Part shown: one piece after another, positions 54,354 to 64,000 of the stretch | Layout: every line of letters starts with the position of its first letter | Numbering within the stretch: position 1 is the first letter of the stretch | Source: an uncultured delta proteobacterium | GTDB lineage: Bacteria; Myxococcota; Myxococcia; Myxococcales; Myxococcaceae | Length of the DNA: 64,000 nucleotides | Reading direction: 5' to 3' | Assembly: GCA_963713045.1 (NCBI GenBank) | Contig: CAVQKE010000001.1 | Location: 288,001 to 352,000 of the forward strand | Program-made: the position numbers and the translations under genes | Notes under the pieces: generated by a model | What the model saw: only the letters and a program-made list of their open reading frames with translations | What the model was told of the DNA's origin: nothing | Databases searched by the model: none

Positions 54354-57046
54354 GGGGCCAGCGCCGTCCGCAGCCGGCCCTGGATGACGTCGAGCAGCAT
54401 GTCAACCACCAGGGCGGTCCACCCCGTTTGGTGCGCAGCTCCCAGGCCCTGTCCGGTTTCGGCGTGGAAAAATTCGTAAAAGGTCACCAACTGGCGGAAA
54501 TGGGGGTCCCGCTGGTAGCGGTGCTCCTCGCCATTCAACGGCCGCCGTCCGTCGGCGTCGGGGAGAAAGAGCGCACACAATCGTTCGGCGATGAGGTGGG
54601 CAGTCTCTCTCAAGGTACGCAGGTTGCCGGTGCCGGTCGGAAACTCGATGCGGAACTCATCGCCGTAAAAGTGGTGGTAGCGCTCGAGGGCTTCCAACAG
54701 CAGATAGTTGGTCGGGAACCACACCGGCCCGCGCCAGTTGGAGTTGCCCCCGAACATTCCGCTCTCGGAATTTCCCGGCTCGTACCGCACGTCTGCCGAG
54801 GCCCCGTGCGACTCCATCACGTAGGGGTGCTCGCGGTACACTTTGGAGAGCGAGCGGATTCCGTAGGGTGACAGCAGCTCCCCTTCGTCGAAGACGTAGC
54901 GCAGGATGCGCTCCATTCGCTCGCGCGGCGCGACCGCCAACAGGTGCCGACCGCTGGGGTGGCCGGGGTTGGGCGGCCGGTAGAAGACGTGGCTCGCCAA
55001 CTCCGGCTTGTTCTCCAAGAACCAGTGCATGCGCTTGGCGAAGCCCGGGAGCTTCTGTAGGAAGCGGTCCTCGAGAATCTCCGTGGCAAATAGCGGGATG
55101 AGACCGACCATCGAGCGCAGCCGCAAGGGAAGCATTTCCCCTTCGGGAGTGATGATTTTGTCGTAGTAGAAGCCATCCTGCTCGTCCCACAGCCCGCTTT
55201 TGCCGGAATTCATCGCGTCGACGATGGTGACGAAGTGCTCGAAGAATTTGCTGGCGATGTCTTCGTAGGCTGGGTCCTCCACCGCCAGTTCCAGAGAAAT
55301 GGAGAGCATGGTGGTGCAGTAGAACGCCATCCACGCGGTGCCATCGGCCTGAGCCAGCTGGAGCCCGTCGGGCAGCGGGCGGTTTCGGTCGAAGACTCCG
55401 ACGTTGTCGAGGCCGAGAAAGCCGCCGCCGAAGAGATTCTTGCCGGCCACGTCCTTGCGGTTGACCCACCAAGTGAAGTTGAGAAGTAATTTGGGAAAGA
55501 CGCGCCGCAAGAAGAGCGGGTCTCGCGACCCGCGTGGGGCACTCTTCTTGTAAACCCGCCAGCAGGCCCAGGCGTGGACTGGAGGGTTGACGTCTTCGAA
55601 GGCCCATTCGTAGGCCGGGACCTGGCCGCTTGGGTGCATGTACCATTCCCGGAGGAAGAGCTGGAGCTGCTCCTTGGCGAACACCGGGTCAATGTTGGCG
55701 AAGGGCAGCATGTGGAAGGCGAGGTCCCAGGCGGCGAACCACGGGTACTCCCACTTGTCCGGCATGGAAATCACGTCGCGGTTGTAGAGGTGCTTCCAGT
55801 CCTGGTTTCGCGCTTCGGCGCGCCTGGGAGCCGGCGGCGAGCCGGTCGGGTCGCCTTCCAGCCAGGCCTTCACCACGTAGCCGTAGAATTGCTTGTTCCA
55901 AATCAGCCCGGCGTAGGCCAGCCGCGACACCTGGCGCTCGTCGGCAGTGGCTGTTTCGGGCAACCGCTGGGCGTAGAAGGCGTCTGCCTCGTTGATGCGC
56001 TGAGAAAACACCGTGTCGAAGGTGCGCCCGAAATCCGCAAGCACCCCCAAGTCGACGTTGCTCAGCCGCAGACGGACCTGGACCGATTCGCCCGCGTCCA
56101 GTTGAAAGGCATAGTGCGCCGCGGCCTTGGTCCCGACCAGGCTCGGCTTCACCGCGTCGTGGCGCCCCTCCACCAGGTAGGCATGAAAGCTGTCTTTGGG
56201 CCAGCGGCTCCGTCCGGGGGCGCGGTACAGGCGCTCGGTGTTCGTCTCGTTGTCGCAGAAGAGAAAGGTCGGCGCCGGGCCGTTGGGGCTGGGTGCCGCT
56301 TCCAGCCGCATCAACCCGAGGGAGGAGTGCTGGGCCAACAGGTATCCATCCCTGGCCTGAATTCGGCCAGGAGCCCAGTACCCCTCGCCGGAGCGGCCCC
56401 AAGCCCAGGTGTTGCGAAACCACAATGTTGGAAGCAGGTGCAGCGGCGCTCGCTCCAGTCCCCGGTTGGTGGCGGTGATGCGGATGTAGATGTCGTCCGG
56501 AGAGGCCTTGGCGTACTCCACCAGGACGTCGAAGTAGCGGTCCTCGTCAAAGGCGCCGGTGTCGAGCGGGTCGTACTCAGGAAGCGCGTGGCCGCGCCGC
56601 CGGTTTTCTTCCACCAGAATGGCGTAGGGGAAGGGGCCGTGGGGGTACTTGTAGAGCGCCTTGAGGTAGCTGGCGGTGGGAGTGGCGTCCAGGTACCAAT
56701 ACAACTCCTTCACGTCCTCGCCGTGGTTGCCCTCGGAGTTGGTGAGTCCGAAGAAGCGTTCCTTGAGGATGGGGTCCTTCTCGTTCCACAGCGCCGGGGC
56801 GAAGCAGAGACGGCATTCGCGGTCGGTGAGGCCAAGCAGCCCGTCCTCGCCCCAGCGGTAAGCACGCGAGCGCGCGTGGTCGTGGGGAAAGGAGTCCCAC
56901 GCTGTCCCATCCGGCGAGTAATCCTCGCGGACCGTGCCCCATTGGCGTTCAGAGAGGTAGGGGCCCCACCGCTTCCAATTCTTCCGACGCTGGGCCTCCT
57001 CCTCCAGGCGCTCGGTCTCAGCGTCGCTCGCGTTCGTCCGGGGCAT
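54350..57046 (-). CDS. GH63-like (MGH1-type) glycoside hydrolase
   Basis: WGPYLSERQWGTVREDYS, MPDKWEYPWFAAWDLAFH, NSNWRGPVW, GAAHQTGWT. Confidence 0.9.
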   Translation of the reverse strand: MPRTNASDAETERLEEEAQRRKNWKRWGPYLSERQWGTVREDYSPDGTAWDSFPHDHARSRAYRWGEDGLLGLTDRECRLCFAPALWNEKDPILKERFFGLTNSEGNHGEDVKELYWYLDATPTASYLKALYKYPHGPFPYAILVEENRRRGHALPEYDPLDTGAFDEDRYFDVLVEYAKASPDDIYIRITATNRGLERAPLHLLPTLWFRNTWAWGRSGEGYWAPGRIQARDGYLLAQHSSLGLMRLEAAPSPNGPAPTFLFCDNETNTERLYRAPGRSRWPKDSFHAYLVEGRHDAVKPSLVGTKAAAHYAFQLDAGESVQVRLRLSNVDLGVLADFGRTFDTVFSQRINEADAFYAQRLPETATADERQVSRLAYAGLIWNKQFYGYVVKAWLEGDPTGSPPAPRRAEARNQDWKHLYNRDVISMPDKWEYPWFAAWDLAFHMLPFANIDPVFAKEQLQLFLREWYMHPSGQVPAYEWAFEDVNPPVHAWACWRVYKKSAPRGSRDPLFLRRVFPKLLLNFTWWVNRKDVAGKNLFGGGFLGLDNVGVFDRNRPLPDGLQLAQADGTAWMAFYCTTMLSISLELAVEDPAYEDIASKFFEHFVTIVDAMNSGKSGLWDEQDGFYYDKIITPEGEMLPLRLRSMVGLIPLFATEILEDRFLQKLPGFAKRMHWFLENKPELASHVFYRPPNPGHPSGRHLLAVAPRERMERILRYVFDEGELLSPYGIRSLSKVYREHPYVMESHGASADVRYEPGNSESGMFGGNSNWRGPVWFPTNYLLLEALERYHHFYGDEFRIEFPTGTGNLRTLRETAHLIAERLCALFLPDADGRRPLNGEEHRYQRDPHFRQLVTFYEFFHAETGQGLGAAHQTGWTALVVDMLLDVIQGRLRTALAP

Positions 57047-57290
57047 GATGGCGGGCCTGGAGACAAGCACCGACCGAGGGGGCCGGGCAATCTCCATCCA
57101 GCGTCGCCTTCCCGAGCAGCCTCTAGGAGCACACCGGCCTTGGCCCGAACGCGGAACACGCCAGGCCGGCTAGAAGTGGCGCCTCGGAGCCGCTAATTGC
57201 GTTTGAAAGCAGGGAGCGGGAGGCCGGGTGAAGTCAGCAGCGCACATGGTGCCGAGGACCGAGCCGTCGGTCACCGCTGCCGGAGCCTCC

Positions 57291-58232
57291 ATGCGAAGCC
57301 ACCCGCCCGTCCCGCCGACCTTGCGCTGGGGCATCGCACTCGCGCTCTTCCTGCTCTACGTCGTCTGGGGCTCCACCTACCTGGCGATGAAGGTGGCACT
57401 CGAGGGCTTCCCGACGTTTCGGATGGGGGCCATCCGCTTCTTGGTGGCTGGCGCGGCGCTTTTCTTGGTGGCCCGGGCGCGCGGGGTCCCACTTCCCACT
57501 CCCGTGCAATGGCGCAACTGCCTCGGCGTGGGCGCCCTATTGCTGGCGTTTGGAAACGGCGGGGTGGCCTATGCCGAGCAAACGGTGGGCTCCGGGCTGG
57601 CCGCGCTGGTGGTGTCCGCCATGCCCTTGTGGATGGCCTTCTTCTCGGGCGTCTTCGGCAAGTGGCCCTCGGCTGGCGATTGGGCAGCCCTTCTGCTGGG
57701 CGCTCTCGGCATCCTCCTCCTCAACCTCGGCAGCGACCTGCACGGAAACCCGGCCGGCACGCTGGCGCTGCTCTTGGCTTCGGCCTCTTGGGCCTTCGGC
57801 TCGCTGTGGAGCCGGCGGCTCGAGCTCCCCACCGGACCCATGTCCGCGGCCACGCAAATGCTATGCGGCGGCGCTGTCCTCTTCTGCATCAGCTTGGTCC
57901 GGCAGGAGCACTTCGTCGCGTCGCCCTCCGCCCGCTCGGTGGGGGCGCTGGCGTACCTCATCGTCTTCGGCTCGCTGGTGGGCTACAGCGCCTACCTCTA
58001 CCTGCTGGCGCGGGTTCGGCCCGCCGTCGCCAGCAGCTATGCCTACATCAACCCGGTGGTGGCGATGCTGCTGGGCGCCTTCCTCGGCGGCGAGGCCATC
58101 CCCCCGGTCGCGCTGCTGGCCACGCCCCTCATCCTGGCCAGCGTCGCGGTGGTGCTCCGCCCCAAGAGAGCAACGGCGCTGCCGCATGAGGCACCGCCCG
58201 CCGCGGTGGCCCCCGAGGTGGCCCGCCGCTGA
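57291..58232 (+). CDS. yedA: DMT/EamA transporter (YedA-like)
   Basis: LYVVWGSTYLA, GNGGV..AE, YLIVFGSLVGYSAY, YAYINPVVA. Confidence 0.85.
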   Translation: MRSHPPVPPTLRWGIALALFLLYVVWGSTYLAMKVALEGFPTFRMGAIRFLVAGAALFLVARARGVPLPTPVQWRNCLGVGALLLAFGNGGVAYAEQTVGSGLAALVVSAMPLWMAFFSGVFGKWPSAGDWAALLLGALGILLLNLGSDLHGNPAGTLALLLASASWAFGSLWSRRLELPTGPMSAATQMLCGGAVLFCISLVRQEHFVASPSARSVGALAYLIVFGSLVGYSAYLYLLARVRPAVASSYAYINPVVAMLLGAFLGGEAIPPVALLATPLILASVAVVLRPKRATALPHEAPPAAVAPEVARR

Positions 58233-58260
58233 GCTAGAATCCCGGCCCGAGTTGGACGAC

Positions 58261-59259
58261 ATGAAAGTCCTAAGAGCGCCCGTCTTGCGCTTGCTGTTCG
58301 TCGGCTGGGCGGCGCTGTTGCTGCCCGCGCGGAGCGCCACCGGCGCGCCACAGGGCCCCCCGGTGCGGACGGCCTGCGTCGCGGAAGAAACCTGCACGCT
58401 CGTCACACGCATCTCAGCGGCGGACGGGGTCGATGCGGTGGCGCTGTTGGACCACTCGACGCCGCGGGTGGTAGCCGGCCAAGCGTTTGCGCAATGGCTG
58501 CCGTGGAGTCACGCCCCGGCTGCGGTGCGCACGCGGGTATGGCACGGCGGCTCGGTGCACATTGAGCGGCCCACCGAGGTTGGCACCTTTCTGTTGCGTG
58601 CCGTGCCCGGGGTGCGCCTGGCCGATGAGCCGGAAGCCCTTCTCGTCCTCCTCACCCTCGACCCGTTACGGACGGGGACCGCGGCCGACCTCCCGGAAGC
58701 CATCGCCATCGCCCAGCAGCGGGGGTTGCTCACGCCGGAGCAGCAGACCCGGGCCAGCCAGGAGAGCCGGGCGCAACAGGTACGAACCAAGTCCCTCCTG
58801 GACGCTTGGACAGGCTTCACGCGAGCGCCGACCAACCGGGCATCGCGCACCAAGCTGGTGGACACGCTCGGCGGCGACACGTCCGCCCTGGAGTCGGACA
58901 GCTTCCTCACCCCCGAGCAGAGGAACGCCCTCCGTCGCGCAGGCCTCGCCTTGGAGGGCCGCATTCTCCTCGAAGACGGGCCGGGGCCGGGGGTTGCCTA
59001 CCGCCTACGCGTTGAGGAAGTTCCGCTCGAGGAGGTGGCCCGAGAGTGGAATGCCGGATTGCGCGCCCTGGTGAATCCATTGGAGCGCGTCCCTCGCCCC
59101 CTGCTTCTGGTGGCTCCAGCCAGCCGCCACGAGGAGGTGAGCTTCATCCTCGACGTCAAGGACGGTGACGAGGGGCGAATGTCCCAGGTGGTGCGCCGGC
59201 TTCTCGCCGTGCCGGGCCTTTCCACGGACGGCAAGCAACTACCGCCCCCAGGGCTTTAG
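58261..59259 (+). CDS. Hypothetical secreted protein
   Basis: Signal-like N-terminus MKVLRAPVLRLLFVGWAALL. No family recognised. Confidence 0.55.
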   Translation: MKVLRAPVLRLLFVGWAALLLPARSATGAPQGPPVRTACVAEETCTLVTRISAADGVDAVALLDHSTPRVVAGQAFAQWLPWSHAPAAVRTRVWHGGSVHIERPTEVGTFLLRAVPGVRLADEPEALLVLLTLDPLRTGTAADLPEAIAIAQQRGLLTPEQQTRASQESRAQQVRTKSLLDAWTGFTRAPTNRASRTKLVDTLGGDTSALESDSFLTPEQRNALRRAGLALEGRILLEDGPGPGVAYRLRVEEVPLEEVAREWNAGLRALVNPLERVPRPLLLVAPASRHEEVSFILDVKDGDEGRMSQVVRRLLAVPGLSTDGKQLPPPGL

Positions 59260-59313
59260 GCACAACTTCATTTTGCGAGAAGTCTGACAAGCGGGCAATG
59301 TGGCGCCTCCGCC

Positions 59314-61401
59314 ATGCCCGTGTTCTCCGCTGCCGTCCTGGCTGTCCTCTGCACTGCCACGCCTGCGCCTGCCCGCTTCGACGCCGAAGGGAAGGCCATT
59401 GGCCAGCCGTTGAGTGAGCGCACCGCCTCCTACGTCATCGAGTCGCACCTTCAGCCCGAGACCCGCCAGCTGACTGGCCACGAGACGGTGACCTGGGTCA
59501 ACCGGAGTGCCGAGCCCCAGTCGACGCTGTGGTTTCACGCATACTGGAACGCCTTCAAGAATGCCAAGTCGACGTTCTACCGCGACGCCGAGGAGAAGCA
59601 GGGCTTTCGTGACGAATCGCCTGGCCGGGGCCGTTACCCGACGCGGAAGCCCGACGAGTGGGGGTGGATACGGGTGGTGCGCGCCGCCCTACCCGACGGG
59701 ACGGACCTCTTGCCCTCGTTGCGCTGGCAGCACCCCGACGACGAGAACACCGATGACCAAACGGTTTTCACCCTTGCGTTGCCACAGCCCGTCCCACCCG
59801 GGGGCACGCTCAGCTTCGAGCTGGAGTGGCTAGCCCGCGTGCCACGCGCGGTGGCCAGGGCTGGCTACAGTGGCGATTACTACCTCTTCGGCCAGTGGTT
59901 CCCGAAGTTGGCTGTCCTCGAGGCGCCTCCCACCCGGGGCGTCAATCAGCCGCAGTGGAACGCTCACCAGTACCACTCCAACAGCGAATTTTACGCCGAC
60001 TTCGGGACCTATGACGTCTCCCTCACGGTGCCTGCCAAATTCTTCGTCGGCGCGACCGGCGTCCGGACCGGCCGCACGGAGAATGCCGACGGCACCGTCA
60101 CCTCCCGTTTCCACCAGGACGACGTCCAGGACTTCGCTTGGACTGCCAATCCCAAGTTCATCGAGGTGAAGGACGTCTTTCGGGAGGATGGACTGCCCGA
60201 GGTGGCGCTCTCTGCCGTGGTGGAGCCGCCCTACCGGGCGACCGCCAACCAAATGCTCGCGGCACTCAAGTCCTCCCTCAGCCATTACGGCCGCTGGTGG
60301 TACCCCTACCCCTACCCGCACGTCACCGCGGTGGCTCCCCCCAACACCGAGCACGCACTTCCGACGGCCGGAATGGAATACCCAACGTTCTTCACAGCGC
60401 TGAGCCGTCGCGACCCGAGCGTAGGAAAGGACACGGGTCTCTGGAAGGTGACTGCTCACGAGTTTGGCCACGGCTACTGGATGGGTCTGGTTGCCTCCAA
60501 CGAGTTTGAGGAGGCCTGGCTCGACGAAGGCGTCAACAGCTACGGCACGGCGAAACTGATGGACGCCGAAGGCATCCGGTGGAATCTGGCCGACTTCCTA
60601 GGCCAGCCCCTTCGCGCACTGCTGGGGCCACTTGTGCAAACCAACATCTCGGAGTGGAGCTGGGTTGGGCCCTCGGCTGCCCGGCGCTATGACTCCCCCA
60701 TCGTGCGCGACGCTTGGAAGTACCGCACGTTCTTCGACTACGACGAGAACTCCTACCGCCGCCCGGAGCTCGCCCTCCGGCAGCTGGAGCTGACGTTGGG
60801 GCCGCAGGTGTTTGCCAACGTGCTTCGCACCTACGCCCAGCGGTGGGCCTTCAGGCACCCGGCGACTGCCGACTTCTTCGCCGTGGCGCAGGAAGTCTCC
60901 GGACGGGACTTGACCGGCTTTGAGCAGCAATTTTTCCACAGCACCGAGGGCTTGGACTTGGCCGTCGCCAGTATCTCTTGCGCGACGGAAGCCGAGACGG
61001 CAGCTGGCGCCTTCGACGACGCGAAGGGCGCGCCGGTGACGCGTTCATGGAGAGAGCCCGCGTCACCGGACACGGCGCCGGTCCGCTGCGCGGTGACGGT
61101 GGAGCAACGGGCACCCCTGGCGATTCCGGCCACCGTCCGGGTGACATTCGAAGATGGCTCGGTGGTGGATGAAACGTGGGACGGGAAAAACACGTGGGCC
61201 ACCTACAGCTACCTCCGGACCGGCAAGGGAGGGCGCGTTCGCGAAGCGCGCGTCGACCCGGCCGGCGTGAACCTTCTCGATGCCGCCCCCCTCAACAATG
61301 CCCGTTCCACCCGCTTGACACCCCAGGCGCCAACCGCCCTGACCGGCTTTCTTCTGTATCTCGGCCAGCTGTGCACCGCCCTCCTCGCTGCGTTCCTCTA
61401 G
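59314..61401 (+). CDS. M1-family zinc metallopeptidase, secreted with C-terminal TM
   Basis: GMEYP, HEFGH-x18-E (WLDEG), C-terminal hydrophobic helix. Confidence 0.92.
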   Translation: MPVFSAAVLAVLCTATPAPARFDAEGKAIGQPLSERTASYVIESHLQPETRQLTGHETVTWVNRSAEPQSTLWFHAYWNAFKNAKSTFYRDAEEKQGFRDESPGRGRYPTRKPDEWGWIRVVRAALPDGTDLLPSLRWQHPDDENTDDQTVFTLALPQPVPPGGTLSFELEWLARVPRAVARAGYSGDYYLFGQWFPKLAVLEAPPTRGVNQPQWNAHQYHSNSEFYADFGTYDVSLTVPAKFFVGATGVRTGRTENADGTVTSRFHQDDVQDFAWTANPKFIEVKDVFREDGLPEVALSAVVEPPYRATANQMLAALKSSLSHYGRWWYPYPYPHVTAVAPPNTEHALPTAGMEYPTFFTALSRRDPSVGKDTGLWKVTAHEFGHGYWMGLVASNEFEEAWLDEGVNSYGTAKLMDAEGIRWNLADFLGQPLRALLGPLVQTNISEWSWVGPSAARRYDSPIVRDAWKYRTFFDYDENSYRRPELALRQLELTLGPQVFANVLRTYAQRWAFRHPATADFFAVAQEVSGRDLTGFEQQFFHSTEGLDLAVASISCATEAETAAGAFDDAKGAPVTRSWREPASPDTAPVRCAVTVEQRAPLAIPATVRVTFEDGSVVDETWDGKNTWATYSYLRTGKGGRVREARVDPAGVNLLDAAPLNNARSTRLTPQAPTALTGFLLYLGQLCTALLAAFL

Positions 61402-61416
61402 AAAGGCCCCTCACCC

Positions 61417-62523
61417 TTGCGGACGCTCCGCGCCGTTCTCGCCGCCCTGCGCAAAGGCTTTTCTGACTGGCAGACGCTGCTCGTCCTCCTCTGTGTGACG
61501 CTGGTCTGCGCCCTCATCGCTGTCGCCCCGGACCTCGGGGTGCTGTGGAGGTTTTACAGCCATGCGCCTCTGGCAGAGGGAAGGCCCCTGCGCTCCATGG
61601 AGTTGCTGTTCGGTATGCGTCAGGCCTTTCCTCCGGGGGACGGCCCGCTCCGTCCGCTGAGCCTGGCCAGGCTGGGAACCTCCAGCGTGACCCTGTTGGT
61701 GGCACTGTCCCTGACGCTGCTGGCAACCGGCGGCGTGGTGTGGCGCGCCTGGACGGTGGACGCTTTTCGTCTGGTGGACTTCACCGTGGAAAGCGCTCGG
61801 ATGTTTGGCCGGGTGGTCCGGACTCTGCTGGTCAGCCTTCCCCTGCTTTTGGCCTGTGGCGCCGTCGCTGCCGCCACCGGTGCGCTTCTGCATGCAGCGC
61901 ACCGGGATTCGGTGTTTACGGTGCCGTGGACGGCGTGGCTATTGGAGCGCCCCCTCGGCAGTTGGGCGGTGGCCCATTTGGGCCTGCTGGCTGTTCTCTT
62001 TGCGCTGTGGAGACTGACGTTGGACGCCTCGCGCGTCCTGGTGCTGGTCGAAGAATTGGCCCAGACGCACCAGGCCGTCTGGCGGGCATTTTGGCTGGTG
62101 GTTCGCTCCCCCGGCGCCTGGGCGGCGTACACCCTGCTCGGTGTGGCCGAGGTGTGCACGGTGCTGTGGGTGATGCGCCTGCAGGCAGCCCTTCCGGAGG
62201 GGAACACCGCGCTGGCGCTGCTTGCACTGTTGGTGGGACAGCTGGTGGTGGTGGTCCGGGCGGGCTTTCAGGTTTCGAGCACCGTTTTCGCCGCGGACCT
62301 GGTCCGGCAGGCCCGAACCCTCCGTGCCTCGGCAGCGCTGCCTAGCGTCGCCGCTGCGGCCGCAGCGTCCGTCGCTCCGGACGTTGCCGCGCCCGAAAAC
62401 GAGCCCTTCGAGCTACTCACTGCGAAGGAGCCCCCGCGCACCGGCTCGACCTCGGAGATGCCGCTGGTCGATGCGGACCTCATCGACGAGGAGCCCGGCG
62501 GCGGAGGTCCACCCAAGCGCTAA
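61417..62523 (+). CDS. Hypothetical multi-pass membrane protein
   Basis: About 6 TM segments and an acidic/Pro tail. Starts 15 nt after the M1 peptidase stop. Confidence 0.65.
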   Translation: MRTLRAVLAALRKGFSDWQTLLVLLCVTLVCALIAVAPDLGVLWRFYSHAPLAEGRPLRSMELLFGMRQAFPPGDGPLRPLSLARLGTSSVTLLVALSLTLLATGGVVWRAWTVDAFRLVDFTVESARMFGRVVRTLLVSLPLLLACGAVAAATGALLHAAHRDSVFTVPWTAWLLERPLGSWAVAHLGLLAVLFALWRLTLDASRVLVLVEELAQTHQAVWRAFWLVVRSPGAWAAYTLLGVAEVCTVLWVMRLQAALPEGNTALALLALLVGQLVVVVRAGFQVSSTVFAADLVRQARTLRASAALPSVAAAAAASVAPDVAAPENEPFELLTAKEPPRTGSTSEMPLVDADLIDEEPGGGGPPKR

Positions 62524-62539
62524 GCCCTGCGCTTCGGCG

Positions 62540-63733
62540 CTACACCAACAACGGCAGCTTGCCGGTGAGGTAGTCGCGCGCCACCACCCCGAGGTGCACC
62601 TCGTCCGGCCCGTCGGCAATTCGCGCGGCGCGGGCACTTCGGTACCACAGGGCGAAGGGCACGTCCTCGCTGTAGCCAAGCGCACCATGCATTTGAATGG
62701 CGTCGTCCAGCACCTTGCACAGCGTGCGCGCGACGTGCGTCTTGGCAATGGACGCATAGGGCCGGGCCTCCTTGGTCCGCCCCTGGGCCAGGAGCCACGC
62801 GCAGTGCCAGGTCATGAGGTTGCCGGCATGGACCGCGGTGGCGCCGTCGAAAAGCATGGCCTGCATCGCCTGGTGTTGGGCCAGGAGCTTTCCGAAGCTG
62901 ACCCGGGTGGTGAGGTAGGCCTTGCACAACTCCAGCGTGCGGTCAGCAAGTCCGAGCCAGCGCATGCAGTGGGTCAGCCGCGCCGGGATGAGGCGCGCCT
63001 GAGCCAGCGCAAAGCCCTCCCCCAGCTGACCGAGGATGGCCTCCTCGGTCACCTGCACGCCCTCGAAGTGAAACTCCGCCTCGCGGTGGGCCAACAGGTC
63101 CGGCCCCAGCGTCCGGATGTCGCGTACGTGGGTCACTCCGGGCGCGCTGCGCTCGACGATGAAGAGGGTGGCCCCGGTTCGCGGGTCGTCCGAGGTGCGC
63201 GCCATGACGATGAGGAAGGAAGCGCGCCCGCCGCCGGTGGAGTACCACTTGTGCCCGTCGATGCGCCAAGTGTTGCCGTCGCGCACCGCCCGCGTCCGGA
63301 GGTTGGAGGGGTCGGCGCCGGCGCCGGGCGCCGGCTCCGTCATACAAAACGCGGACGTTATCTCCGCGCTGGCCAGAGGACTTAGCCAACGTTCTCGGAG
63401 CGCGGCATTGGCCTGGTGAAGCAGCAAGTCCATGTTCCCCTGGTCCGGAGCGTCACAGTTGAAAACGCGGGCACCGACCGGAGAGCGGCCCATCTCTCGA
63501 AAAAGCGTGCACATCCCGAGGATGCCAAGCCCTCGGCCCCCATATTCCGCCGGCAGGTGTGGGACGAAGAGTCCCGCCTGACGGGCCTGCTGCTGCAGCG
63601 CCTTGAGTGAGGCGTCCCCTCCAGCCGCATCCTCTTGGATGACGTCGTTCTCCTTGGGCAGGACGCGAGCCTCCATGAAGGTCCGGATTTCCTGTCGCAG
63701 GGCAGCGAGCTCAGCGGGGAGTGCGAAGTCCAT
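62540..63733 (-). CDS. Acyl-CoA dehydrogenase
   Basis: FNCDAPDQGNM, FCMTEP, GHKWY, IQMHGALG, ARIADGPDEVH. Confidence 0.93.
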   Translation of the reverse strand: MDFALPAELAALRQEIRTFMEARVLPKENDVIQEDAAGGDASLKALQQQARQAGLFVPHLPAEYGGRGLGILGMCTLFREMGRSPVGARVFNCDAPDQGNMDLLLHQANAALRERWLSPLASAEITSAFCMTEPAPGAGADPSNLRTRAVRDGNTWRIDGHKWYSTGGGRASFLIVMARTSDDPRTGATLFIVERSAPGVTHVRDIRTLGPDLLAHREAEFHFEGVQVTEEAILGQLGEGFALAQARLIPARLTHCMRWLGLADRTLELCKAYLTTRVSFGKLLAQHQAMQAMLFDGATAVHAGNLMTWHCAWLLAQGRTKEARPYASIAKTHVARTLCKVLDDAIQMHGALGYSEDVPFALWYRSARAARIADGPDEVHLGVVARDYLTGKLPLLV

Positions 63734-63735
63734 GG

Positions 63736-64000
63736 TTAGCCCTCGATGTCCGGTGAGGTGTCAAAGCGCGGACTGAGCACGCCGAGCGCGTCGGCGAGCG
63801 TTGTACGCAGGTGAGCCCGCAGGCCGGCGTCGTCTGACGGGTGCTCCCCGCGACGGAGGCGCTCCGCCAGTGCCGCGTTGAGGGCGCGCAGCTCTGTCGC
63901 CGTTTCAGCCGAGACAACCGGAAGCTCGGGGAGGAGGGCACGCAGCCGACGCAGCTCCGCTTCGGCGTGGGGTCGGCGCGCCTCTAGCTCGGCGGCAAGG
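63736..64000 (-). CDS. Partial hypothetical protein (DUF6285-like), 5' end outside window
   Basis: Open frame ...ELRRLRALL...LNAALAERLRRG...LRAHLRTTLADALGVLSPRF..., stopping 2 nt before the acyl-CoA dehydrogenase ATG. Confidence 0.55.
   Translation of the reverse strand, partial: LAAELEARRPHAEAELRRLRALLPELPVVSAETATELRALNAALAERLRRGEHPSDDAGLRAHLRTTLADALGVLSPRFDTSPDIEG

Overview
GC-rich bacterial chromosomal window, densely coding with about 55 genes. Gene content suggests a Myxococcota/deltaproteobacterium-like diderm (inference). I saw no rRNA, tRNA, CRISPR array, integrase or transposase. Main blocks: (1) 141-10230: a frameshifted cytochrome c, a cNMP-domain TrxB-like flavoprotein plus a ClC-CBS antiporter, and a marR-emrA-tolC-emrB(frameshifted)-yceI efflux unit. 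(2) 10.4-21.6 kb: small stress/redox genes (VOC, SDR, PAP2, pirin, TetR/hydrolase, CDGSH, SRPBCC, hemerythrin, GNAT, aqpZ). (3) 21799-25090: a translationally coupled three-gene operon encoding a lipoprotein truncated globin, a Ser/Thr kinase-RDD fusion and a secreted YceI-diheme cytochrome c fusion. This is the best candidate for an undescribed system, possibly heme/redox signalling across the membrane. (4) 28.3-40.6 kb: a potassium-uptake island with two convergent outer-membrane beta-barrels, two tiny membrane peptides plus kdpABC, a split KdpD and an NtrC-type activator in place of KdpE. Three sigma54-type promoters and two copies of a TTGCA-N3-TGCAA palindrome link the beta-barrels to kdp. 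(5) 40.8-64 kb: housekeeping/accessory enzymes (DsbA-like, MDR, SDR, DUF885, M64 and M1 peptidases, crcB, glpD, sthA, GH63, YedA, acyl-CoA dehydrogenase). All product calls come from motif recognition by eye, with no database search.
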